This document shows positions 12,813-24,310 of a DNA stretch of 64,000 nucleotides, piece after piece (within the stretch, counting starts at the first letter, position 1; the number at the start of each line of letters is the position of its first letter). The stretch comes from Camelus dromedarius. Lineage: Eukaryota. The stretch is from positions 87,050,001-87,114,000 of the forward strand of contig NC_087437.1 of NCBI RefSeq assembly GCF_036321535.1, written 5' to 3'. Both the position numbers and the translations under genes were made by a program. The notes below the pieces were generated by a model that saw only the letters and a program-made list of their open reading frames with translations, did not search any database and was not told the origin of the DNA.

Positions 12813-13970
12813 TTTAAAAACACAAAACAAACAAACAAACAAACAATTACAGACTGACTAAGACATTTCCAGAGACTAAAATTTGCTTTTAGCTATTGTT
12901 GGTACTTTATAGATCAGTCACAAAACACTAGCATCCCAACTACACTGACTAGGTCATATATTTAAACAGCTGACAAGACCTAACAGTAATGCATCATTGG
13001 GAGATTTACTTTATGTATTGACTTCCAGGAATTCCTTACTGATTAATAGGTATTTACTTTGCAGAATGCATTCCTGTCTTACCCTAGTAAGACCCAGGGT
13101 ATGAAAAGAAATGTAAAAAAGTCAAGAAAGAGAGGAGCTAAATAATTTAAACTTTGTCTCCTTAATTAAAGCACTTTTCAGTTAACCAATTTATCATAAC
13201 ACGTACCTGAGAAATACTGTGTGAATACTAACACTTTTTAGGAAAGTATTTCATGACTTTTCCAAAGCAGTCTGTCACTATTCTGTGCATTTATAAGGAT
13301 AATTGTGATAATGTCTTCAATATCTACTTTTTCTTTAAAGCTATTACATTGTATGTTCTTTCTATCTCTTAAAATGAGTACTCACATGGCCTACTATGCT
13401 TTTGACTCACTTGTCTTTTACTTTCATACATCTACTCTATATATTTTTTAAAAAACCCTGGTTTAAATTTCTCAAAGGGTTGTACAGGTATCAGCTCATT
13501 AAGAACTCTGAGAGACAGTCAGTGAACACTTTGGAAATTGTGCCACTTTCTACCTAGAACAGAGAATTTAAAGGCATGTGAAGATGACTCTGTGGGCTTT
13601 CCATCAGGGATTTGACTTACTGTAAGAATCTTGATTCTGAAGTAATGAAGCCAGCTTTCTTCTGAGCTTTAATTCATAAGATTTGTAACTTAGAGTGACA
13701 AAAACCCCAGATCTGAGAGTGACATTAGGAAACAGTATATATGTATTTTCTGTGGCGGCATTTTATTGTGTAGAAAGAAAAAAGGAAGGGTGGACCCAAC
13801 TATCTCTTAAAGTCTTTAAATCTGCATTCAGTTATCTGTTAAAAACATTTTTCTTGAACATTTCGAAGTCTGACTTAAATTACTATTGACCCAGGGAGGA
13901 ATACAGGTTTGGAAGTGAAATAAAAAATATTCCTATTTGAAGGCTATCAAATAAATGAACTGAAATAATG

Positions 13971-14009
13971 AATAATAATAATAATAACAACAACAACAAC
14001 AACAACAAT
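13971..14009. repeat. (AAT)n(AAC)n compound trinucleotide repeat
   Basis: Directly visible. Confidence 0.9.
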
Positions 14010-14214
14010 AAAAACAGTAAAGACTTAGCTACCTATGTTTAGTGCTTGGGTGTGTGAATATATAGAATAGGCTAATAAAGGTTCAGACAGATGGGGGGCT
14101 CTGTGTGTGTGCATGCGCACGCACGTGCATGTGCACACATGCATGTCAGGAAGTTGAAACACCTGGCAATGATCACAGAAAATATCACACTTTGAGAGTC
14201 TGAAACTAAAACTG

Positions 14215-15060
14215 ATTTCTTCCCTCTTCCATCCTCTCTCCACCTGAACTCTTGATTATCTTCATTTCTCCTGTTTTAGACACTGTCAACTAGGACATCT
14301 CACATTTATTAGCCTCTCCTCCAACAGCTCATAGACAGGTTCAAGACACTACTTTCCTAAACAAAGCAAACAGAACAATATCCCCGCCTTGTCCCCTTCT
14401 CCCGGCCACACTTGCTGATGCAACTACTAATTTCTGTCTCCAGAACAACTGTGGAAAGCATATTCTAGCCTCTCTTTTTCTACTTTCTTATATCCATTCA
14501 TTCTCCAACTTCTACCAATTCAATGAAACCACTGGGATGAATGTCAAGAATAGCTTCCAACGCTAAATCTAAGGGTGCTTTTTCTTTACTTTCTTGCAGT
14601 TTGTGTGGTCTACTGAGCAACATCTGATATTTTCACTACTCTCTCCATGTCCGAGGCTTTCAAGATGCTGGCTACTGAGACAGCACTCTCTCTTCTCACT
14701 ATCCTGCTTCTTGAATATTTCTAAAGATCTTCCTCTGTTTGCCTCCTAAATAATGTGGTGAGGAAGCAGTGGCCATTCATATGGAAAAGGTGGTCTGAAA
14801 AAAGATCATATGTCTTCTTGAACCCATTGCCTTTGCTATCTAATCCATTTTGCATCTGCATTCAATATTAATCTTCTAAATTAATTAATTTAATACTACC
14901 TACAAAGGATGATTGAGTTTCATTCAAATTGCTATTCCCAGCTCCTTTTACACAAACCTCTCCACCATGCCACACATCTCAGCACCTCACTCTTACCAAT
15001 TATATCCAACCATAATGTAGGTGATGGTTCATGATATTTGTTGAGATGAATGTCATTTCT
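14215..15060 (+). mobile_element. L2 LINE fragments (highly diverged)
   Basis: Pyrimidine-rich; CAACTTCTACCAATTCAATGAAACCACT...TGTCAAGAATAGCTTCCAACGCTAAATCTAAGGG resembles the L2 RT region. Confidence 0.55.
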
Positions 15061-15425
15061 CAGCTTGAAATATGGAGTGCAAATTATTAGAAACACTCAA
15101 ATATCTCCCCTTAGCTATAGTCCATAAATAATTTTCTCCCTTTTGATTTATTCCTGCTTACCTTGCACTTCTCCAGTCTGGATTCTCAGCGTAACCTTCA
15201 GTTCAACATACTCAGTTGCCCCTATTCCATGGTTCTTATTCTTCTCCATCGCATTCCTGCTCCCCTGCTCTCAGTCACAGCCAGCTTCATCTTTGATGAT
15301 CCCAGTTGACATGATTCCCTTCTCAAATTTCTCTTTCCTTTTTCTTTTGTATTTTATATACATGTAATGCCATATTTACAAATCGTACTGTGCACTTTAG
15401 CTTTCCTTACACATGGCTTTGCTGA

Positions 15426-15528
15426 TTATTTAATTTATTTATTTATTTAGTGGAGGTACTGGGATCGAACCCAGGATCTCATGCCCGCTAAGCACGCATT
15501 CTACCACTGAGCTGTATTCCCCTACCCC
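15426..15528 (-). mobile_element. tRNA-derived SINE, camelid vic-1-like
   Basis: Minus strand reads GGGGAATACAGCTCAGTGGTAGAATGCGTGCTTAGCGGGCATGAGATCCTGGGTTCGATCCCAGTACCTCCA followed by a (TAAA)n tail; Pol III A box (AGCTCAGTGG) and B box (GGTTCGATCC); degenerate TSD CTTACACATGG (15406-15416) / CTTATATATGG (15531-15541). Confidence 0.9.
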
Positions 15529-15589
15529 AACTTATATATGGGTTTTGTTATAATGCTTTTCATGGGTAGGTTTTTTTTCTTTACACTTG

Positions 15590-15706
15590 TGCAGTTAGAT
15601 CTTTGAGACAAGGGACAGATACTATATTATCTTTGTCCCTTTCATTTCACACAGTGTAACACAGGGCCAAACACATGATGCTCACTCAACAAATACTCAG
15701 TGATTG
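15590..15706 (+). mobile_element. L2 3' end
   Basis: TTGAGACAAGGGACAG...CACAGGGCCAAACACATGATGCTCACTCAACAAATACTCAGTGA. Confidence 0.65.
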
Positions 15707-15864
15707 CTTCACTGAGGCCAAAAACATTAAACATTACCAAGACTTCATTAGATGACTCAAGCAATCAATATTCTTTTAATCATCACACTCGAAGGAATTG
15801 ATTTTAAATTCAAAAACTCCTAGATGCTATTGTATCTTTCATTAAATTCCATTTACCTTATGTG

Positions 15865-16010
15865 ATTAAACTTATCATATTAAGGAAATTTGGAAAGTAA
15901 ATGAAAGAAAGTTAAAACAAGCAAACAGCCAAAATAAGAGGACCCCTAATCTGACACATATAAGCATGGTTACTATTTTAGTAACTGTGTATGTGTCTTA
16001 CTTAAAACAG
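15865..16010 (-). mobile_element. L1ME-type 3' end fragment
   Basis: AAATTTGGAAAG...CCCCTAATCTGACACATATAAGCATGGTTACTATTTT resembles old L1ME 3' UTR. Confidence 0.45.
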
Positions 16011-17257
16011 TATCTTGTATGATTAAGCTTCTGTGTTTTTCTACGCTTTTAACTAGTCTATTAACACCACCACCTGAATAATTAAAACTGTCACCTTGTG
16101 TGTATCTTCAGACACTCCTCTATTTTCCTAGTAATTTATGTTGTGGCTTTTGCTTTCTTTGGTCGTCATTAGGTTTAATGATCCACAATTCTTTGAGTTA
16201 GGACTCTGTACTTGAAAATCCCAAGGCTATCCCAAAACTGCTCAGGGATTTTGGCTACCAAGAATTCTGTTTGCCTCTTAAAACTGTTCAAGAGACTTAA
16301 GGAGTTTTTTATTTCCATGTTCATGTTAGCTTATCATTTGTTGTCATCATCATCATTATTATTTTAGTGTATCTAGGTTTAAGCAATCTCAGGTACAATA
16401 TAAACACAGACTAAAAACCTATGCTATTGACAATGCATTAGGGAAACTGGAATTCATCATACTTCCTGACACAAGGAGAAAGTAGCCCCTTACAGCACTA
16501 TACATATATTATTATAAAACTTAATGCCAAATTATTATTCCCTGAAATTTGAAATTATAAGTATAGGTCTAACATTTTGAAATGTGAGAAGAACAGACAA
16601 CAATTTTCATGTGATCGTTTTTCAATTCTGAGACTTATTTCTTTGTTCCTAACCAAAGAAACCCTGAACAGTGCTTCATCTAGAAAGGATTATGTCATAT
16701 TCAAAGAGGACCAACTTCACAGTTGGCAAGTATCACTTGACAAGTAGTGGAAGACACAGCTTTTTACTCTCAGCTTTCAGCCTAGCCAAACCACAGCAAG
16801 GTTAAGACCAAACAGACCAAGCCCACGGGGCTTTTCTGAGGATTACTCACAATTTGCTATGAACGGATGGCGAGACTGAGCTTAGGTGAACTGACCTGGA
16901 AAAGCCAGGGAGTCTTCTAATCCATCAGACCTGAGTTTTATATCATTAATTTCACTGCCATTATACAGCCCATATCTTTGTTTCCCAAAGGTCTGACCCA
17001 AAATTCAACTATAATCTATCATTCAGGACTTTAATATGTTTGCTGAGTACTTTCTGGGATACTTTGTTAAGATGGTTGAAGAAGGAAAATTAAATGTCCT
17101 GAAAGCCAGTGCTAACGTGAGTTCTGTTCTAACCACAAATATTCATAGTGTCGCCTAACACCCTCTACTTTGCTTTCATGATGATTTCAATAGAGTTAAT
17201 TGTCTTGAGGTGACCTAAATTCTTTGCCCACAGTTTAATGGGTAGGATAAAATCAAA

Positions 17258-17510
17258 ACAGTATAGTAATTAAGAAATTGGGCTTTGAAAGCAGGCATTT
17301 TATTTAGAATTCTGGCTTCACCATTTACAAGCTCTCTAACTGAAAACAGATTACTCAACCTTTCTCTGCCTCAGGTTTTCATCTAGATAGTGGGAATCAA
17401 AACCCTAACTCTCTCTCATATGTTTGTTAAGGTTATTCATTAGTCAATGTGGAGTACCTAGAACATTGCCTGGAGCTGAGTAAGCCTGCAAAAACCACTG
17501 GTAATGATGA
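17258..17510 (+). mobile_element. MIR SINE, near full length
   Basis: TTAGAATTCTGGCTTCACCATTTACAAGCT...TTACTCAACCTTTCTCTGCCTCAGGTTTTCATCT...TAGAACATTGCCTGG. Confidence 0.85.
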
Positions 17511-18677
17511 CGATGAGGATGGGGATGGTGACCACACTGTTTTATAGCTACATCTGGCAAGATGTACCAGTTGATTCCATCAATGGAAACTGCACATAAT
17601 AGTAGTCTCTTATTTTTTCATCACCTCTTCCCTTCTAGGAATATAGCTTTCCATGAAATTTATTTTTATTCTACATTATATTTGACCTGATACTTTATTG
17701 CTAATTTGTTAGAATAATAAGGGGGAAATGTAAGTAGGGTTTTTTCCCCCAAAGTTGTATTCTCTGCACTGTTAAATCGGGTGAAGGAATTTGGTGGGAC
17801 ACACATAGTGAGGAGAAGGACGCAAATCCAGGAAAAGAGTGATCTGAAAGTGGGAACAACTAATGAGCTGATATGGTCAACAGGAAAAATGGTGACCAAC
17901 ACTATGGTCAGGAAAGACACATTGTTGCTTTTCTTCTAACAGTCAAGAACCCCAGAGAAATAGTACGATGACTGAATCACAGAGGTAGACAAGATATTTA
18001 ATATGGTTTCAGGGATATGAAGTGACCTATTTATGTTACACTAGGAGGAAGTAGTAGCACTGAGAACTTTTTTATCTATGCCTTCCTATGTCTCAAATCT
18101 AATATTCTTCCTTCTAGTTTATGTGGTGGTTCCAAAAAACCTGCTGGTACTTATGGGCTTTAAACATCCTTACAAATCTTCACAGAACAAAACTAAACTT
18201 ACCGCATGTTAACTCTGTCTTCTATTAACAGATGGCTTGATTTGTCATGCAAAATAATACTTTTCTTGGCCTTTATATTCTCCTTTAAACTACAGCAATT
18301 TTCACATGCTATGGTAAACAGCGCATCATGTTGAAAAGTATAAATCACAGAGGGCTGAAACAGATATTCCAAATGGGAAAATAACAGCAAGAGAAAAGAG
18401 ATAATAAAATTAAAAAATGGTGTGAGTAACTGGGAAGTACGGCTAGTCTATGTGGGGTAACTCTTTAACAATAAAAATGATTCCAGAGGCAAGAGAGAGT
18501 CATGCATCATATGATAATTGCTAAGCGATATAGTTTTAAATAGTCAAAAAGAAAACTGAAAAATAATCTTTAAAATAAATAATCTTCTAATCATGTGACT
18601 AGAGAAGATCAACATCAATCTAATCATGTAACCAGGTTAAGGTGCTCATTAACCTCGTGGCACTGCTGGAAGCACTC

Positions 18678-19340
18678 TCATTTGTAAATTTATCAAATAC
18701 TTCTGTCCACGAACTTTTCAAGGTACTTGAGATTCATCAGTAAACAAAACAAAGAACCCTGCCCTCTTGGAGTTTACACTGTAGTGCGCAGTGAGCAGAG
18801 GGAAAGGCAAACAGACAATCAATCATGGACAGGATAAGTACATTAATCATATTTTACATGAGATACAACTGTCATTAATGTGGAAAAATGAAACATAAAC
18901 TGGTAAGATAAAGAAGTAAGAGAGGGTGTGAAGGGAGTATTTTGAAAAGAGCAGTCAACTTGCCATGGATTTAAGCGACCAGGAAGTAAGAGTAAGTATC
19001 AGGCAGAGTCCTAAACCAGACTGTTCCTGGCCTAGTAAACAGCCAGGAAAAATAAGAGAGGATGAAGATGTATTTCAGGAGTTCTAGGAGAGCCAACACA
19101 CCAAGTGGTAGAACCAACAGGAAGAGTGACAGGAGGTAAGTCCTCAGGGTCAAATTATGGACGGTGTTCAGCGTCAGCGGAAGGCGTCTATCCTGAATAA
19201 ACAGGGGAGCCACTGGAGGGTACAGTGCAGTGGAGAAACCTGCATTGGCTAATCTTGAAAATATCACCACGTCTATTTTGAGAACAGATGCTAGAAGTGA
19301 AAGACTGGCTAAAGCTGAGGCTAAAATACAGTTCATAGTG
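18678..19340 (-). mobile_element. L2 LINE 3' portion
   Basis: AAACAAAACAAAGAACCCTGCCCTCTTGGAGTTTACACTGTAGTG...GGGAGCCACTGGAGGG. Confidence 0.8.
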
Positions 19341-20029
19341 GACTAGACAGAAGTGGAGAGTCTGTTGCTAAAAGACGAAGTCTGGTGAAAGGGCTGGTGA
19401 TGAAAGTTGTATCAAAAGGCCCAGTTTGTTCCAAAGACTCAAGGACCCTGAAATTTGCACCCATGTGAGTAGCAAAGCAGGGGCCAGGGATACTGCAGGA
19501 ACTAAAGTTCTCTACTCTATGGGTTTCAACAGATTTTCAATGTAGGAAAAGACGGTTAGTAGTCTGAAAATCAGCAAGGGGGAAGAAAAAGCGTGGCTGA
19601 TTGTAAATCTTCAGAGGATCAGCTATTACTCTTATTTGGAGAAAATACGTGAAGGGACTGTAAGTTTAAACTCCCCTTGGTTACTGTGGATTTAAATACA
19701 CAGAGATGCACAAAGACATCTGAGCTACTTGTGAGAGGAGGACGTTCTCTGTGTGCTCGCTTTCTCCTTGGTGTGAGAAGTCTGCTTTCTCACATCATAA
19801 CAACAAAAAAATCGCTTTAGTTTTAGGATCCCAAATATAAAGACTAATAGAAAGAACATGAGATGGTTACTTGTTTGAGATATTCCCAGATAATGAAAAT
19901 ATATCTCAAATATCCTTTTACATGTGGACTAAATTGCCTGCTTCACTCTTTTCAGTGAAGAACTGATATTTACAGACATACATAGGACTAATAAACATTC
20001 AGGACAACTTATTCCAATTTAATAAACTA

Positions 20030-20125
20030 TCCCTTCCTTCTCTGTCTTACTCCTCACTTTTTTCCTTCCTTCTTCTTTTCCTTCCTGCCTTTCTCTCTCC
20101 TTTACTTTCTTCCTTCCCTTTTCCC
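20030..20125. repeat. Low-complexity polypyrimidine (CCTT-like) tract
   Basis: Directly visible. Confidence 0.8.
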
Positions 20126-22499
20126 ACATTTTAGGGTGTGCATTTGAAGATCACCCTTGTGAATCAAAGTGAAAATATTTTAAAAGACTAGTATTGGAAA
20201 GAAGCTCTGAAGACAACAGTGAACAAAAGACAGAAAGAAGCAATTACAGGAATTACAAATAGAAAAAAAGAGTGTGTGGAGGGAAAATATCATCAAGCAA
20301 AATGATTTTCAAAATCCAGAAATATAATTTAAACAAAGCAGGGAGAAAACAATAAGTTCAAATGCTACTTTACATAATCCTGCAATAAATATTGCTATTG
20401 GACCATATACCGTTGTTGTGTTTGAAATTCTAATGTCATTCAGAACAAAAGAAGTAAAAGAGCAATAGGAAAAAGCAAAACTTTAGCATAGAGTTTTAGC
20501 AAGCAGGGAACCACTGTGATTTTACATTAAAAAAATATAAGGACATTTCGAAGATTTTTTTTTAGATATCTTAGAACATGTGGGAAGAAGGATATTAGAA
20601 AAATAAGCAGCCATGATATGCACATGAAATGAATCCCATATGGTATTCTTCACTCACATACAATATCTTTCACCACTTTGCTCCTGACTGCAATTCTCTA
20701 ATCATTTCCACCTACTCAGTTCCTTATTCTCAACTTGTACTGAGTTAAGACAGAGTCAGACTCCTCAAATGGATATGAAATAAAAGGCTTTTGTACCTTC
20801 CACAAAGCAAGCTAAATGTTAGAATCCTTTTTGTTCATTTATCTCAACTAGAATAAAAGTATAAAGAGAGGCTGTTGTAAACTAGATAAAAAGGTTATCG
20901 TTACGGGCAGGTGAACTGTAAGGAAAGCCATGTCATCATCGGGGGGATTTCAGTACCTACTGACGTTTTAAATTTTTACAGTATGTAATACGACTGTCTT
21001 TAATATATGGACTAAGTGGACTGCTGTTCTAATTGGGATGATACAACTTTGGGGATTTTATAGATTTAAAAATAAAATGAAAAGACTAATGCTATGTTGT
21101 CCCCTAACAAGAAATCTGTTTCAGGTTAAAATAATTATTGTATTTATTTGTTTACTTAATAAAATTGTCCAAATAGGATACCCAGACAAGGTTTTTGCAT
21201 TGGTCTGAGTGGTTACAATTTTTCTAAGGTCTTGAGGTAGCCACATTTTATTTTTTTTATTTACTTGAATTTACCCAAAGTTAAGAAGGTCAGTATTCAC
21301 AAAATAGCCACATCACATTTTCAGTTTCCTATTTCCCTGATAATTTTTCCTAAGTTTCAAAAACGTACCCTTACAGAGCTTATCAACACTGATATCACAA
21401 TATCCTAGACTACCGTGCAAGGGTATGTTCTGCTGTCTGAGCTCCTTAAGAAATAAAAAAGGAGAGCACTTTCCCATTCACGGAAATCTGTGGAAGAGAT
21501 TATGATTTTGACTCTAAATAAATATTCTTTGGCATTTTATGCTTAACTCTCAATTTATACCTCTCTCCATTCACGTAACAATTTATATTCATTGCCATAC
21601 ATTAAAATGCAGGCGACTAAAATTATTCTGTGAATATATTTGCTGAATCCATAACAAACCTCCTCAAGCATGGAGAGATCCAAATACTTAAATATGTAAA
21701 TCAAGTTATCATGTGACTCAGTTTAATTAATATAAAACCCAATTTTAATATTGAAAGGGACATTTATTAATCCCTGGTGTATAGCAATGTGCTGATCTCT
21801 GTTCATAGTAAGTTTAGCAAAATCTCTCTCTTTTAGAACTGGATATATATTTTGTTACTATAAGTAACATTATCAACTTTTTCTATCAAAAATACCTCAT
21901 TCCAAATTATTATGGCAGCTTAAAAGTGGAAAATTAAGAAGGGTGCACATTCATTCTACAATGTGGTTGAAAGCCAAAACATTTTTGAAAACTCTTTTGA
22001 CATTGTCACAAGAGACATTTTATGAGCCACATGAGAAAATTTCCCTCAGTGCTTTAAATCATTTTTCTTTTCTTTTTTTTTTTTTTTAACCCTAAATGGC
22101 CTTTCTTATATGGAAATTCATTTTAGCTACCAGGTTTGACTCTGGATAATTCTTAACCACACTGAAAAGTAAAATTCACCTTTTGAATAAAATCAAATGC
22201 TTTTGCATTTATTTAAAGAATGAGTTCTATGTTCTGAAAGTTTGTTTTGTACCATCGTGGAAATAGCAGACACACTACTTTATAACCATGTCTCATAGGT
22301 GAGGTAACTTAAAAGTGCCGGAAAGGAAAGAGACTCAGAGGTCTTGGGAGAGTAGGTATGGCAATGTGGTAAGAAGACATAGGCTGTGCATTTTATTTAA
22401 GAGGTTTCATCTTTTAAAAACTGGCTTCACCACACAGGATTTCCTTTATTAAAATAAATGGCAGACACTATATTGACTCAGTATATCTTAGTACCAAGA

Positions 22500-22695
22500 A
22501 CTATGACACTAGGGTTAAAAACTTGAACTGACAAGTCAGACAGTGAAGGTTGAATTCTGGCTCCAAAACTTATTACGTGAGTGACATTGGGTAAATTTCG
22601 GACAATGGAGATAACTGTTCATAGTATTTAATGAGGTCATCTAAATAAAACTGTTTGGCATGGTACCTGGAACATAATAGGTACCAAGTAATTCA
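22500..22695 (+). mobile_element. MIR SINE
   Basis: AGTCAGACAGTGAAGGTTGAATTCTGGCTCCAAAACTTATTACGTGAGTGACATTGGGTAAATT...TACCTGGAACATAATAGG. Confidence 0.75.
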
Positions 22696-23399
22696 GTCTT
22701 CCCATTTTCTCTGCTCCTTAGCTTGCATATGCATGTGTGCCTGTGTGTGTGTGTGTATGTGTGTAGCGTCGTCAGTATTTCAAACTTTATATACAGTGAC
22801 AATGCTAAGTGAGCTGCACGAATACTTTATGTTGATATTAACTATACCTCTTTTATAGTAGAAAAACAAATAAGTTGGAGTGAATACTATCTTCCTGATA
22901 GAAAAAAAAATAATCCAATGAGGAAAGGAAAGACATTATAGGTCTTGAGACTTTAACAGTCTTGTCAATTAGAAGATTTACTGAGCAGCTAGATAATAAA
23001 CATAATGAAGTAATCACAATTACTCAAGACATAAATCTACTGTGGTTCAAGTCCTGGTAAGTACTAGCACTAATGTTTAAAATTCTTTCTTTGTTTAGCT
23101 TAGGGGCAAAAACATGCGGTGACAGCAAAAATAAAGCAATCTTCTTATTCCAGGAGAAAAGTTGATATAATTGATACAGAAACAGTCAGTTACATAGTAA
23201 CACTATCTCAGATTGCAGACAGGCAAAAGTGAGTGTTTGTTACTTAGGGCTATCAAAATTGTTCCTTCAGGCTCTCTATTGCACAAATCAATTCTATTTT
23301 CCTGTTTGGTATACAGTGTTAGACAAACTCCTGCCCAACATGCTTTCTTTAAAATTATGTTACATCATTTTAATAGTAATTATCTCCAACATGAAACTA

Positions 23400-23625
23400 A
23401 ATTCTTAAGCTAGATATATTGAGATTCAAATCCTGTCCCTTGAGGACAACAATTGTCATCACCTTGAGCAGAAGACTGACATCAATATACTAATTTGTAA
23501 ATTGCAGACAATCACAGAAGCTCATAACAATGCTGTGATGATTAAATGAGGTAGTCCATGTAAAGACTTTTGTAAAATACTTGCATATATTGCAAATTTA
23601 GTAAATATTTCCATTTATTATTATT
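23400..23625 (+). mobile_element. MIR SINE
   Basis: GATTCAAATCCTGTC...ACCTTGAGCA...GTGATGATTAAATGAG. Confidence 0.6.
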
Positions 23626-23699
23626 TTATTACTCTATCATTATTTTCCCTTGGTTCACTTTATTTTTAGTTTTCCAGACTAAGCTGTCTTAATGTTCTA

Positions 23700-24310
23700 T
23701 TTCCTCTTGATAGTTTCATTGTGCTTTTTTATCTAAATTTCAGTCATCTCAGAAATGTTCCCTCTTCTCTTTTCTGAATACAATCAACTATTGCCAATTT
23801 ACAGGATGTAATGTTTCTTCTGTCTGTCTTTTCTTTTCATCCTCATTACCCACGTATTAATTTAAATTGGATGAGTGTAATAGTGTTTTCACTGTTTTTT
23901 CCAATATTTGTTTCCCTGTCACTTCATTCTGATTATTCTTGTTCAAAATGGCTTTCATCATCCTTTCACAAACTTATTCAAAAAATGTTAACAGTTTACC
24001 ATTGCCTTTATGTAAAAATATACAGCTAAAGTTTCTAAAATCTGACATTTTACATGATTCTTCAGACATATTATCATCCTTGATTGCCCTCTGTCTTAAA
24101 ATAACCTCTCTTTGATCATTCTATACAACACAATTTTAAAAGTGTTTACCTGCATGGAAAGACTTTCTCCAAATATTCCATGCCAGCCTCAGAGAATTTA
24201 CCAACACTATACTTTCCCTATGAAGGTGTCTCTAAGTGTACAATCCTCAGTAAATTCTTATTTTGTTGAACTCTTGTCCTTAAAATCCATTTAGTGTTTA
24301 TCATATGTTG
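23700..24310 (+). mobile_element. L2 LINE fragments (very diverged)
   Basis: Pyrimidine-rich with L2-like 3' motifs (CAAACTTATTCAAAAA...CCATTGCCTTTATGTAAAAATATA). Confidence 0.4.

Noticed and set aside
15450..15522. tRNA gene
   Set aside because: The tRNA-like sequence has an A-rich tail, a TSD and disrupted stems, so it is a SINE.
20925..20965. CR1/L3 endonuclease GDF motif (ATCATCGGGGGGATTTCAGT)
   Set aside because: Needs a frameshift and has no supporting flanking similarity.
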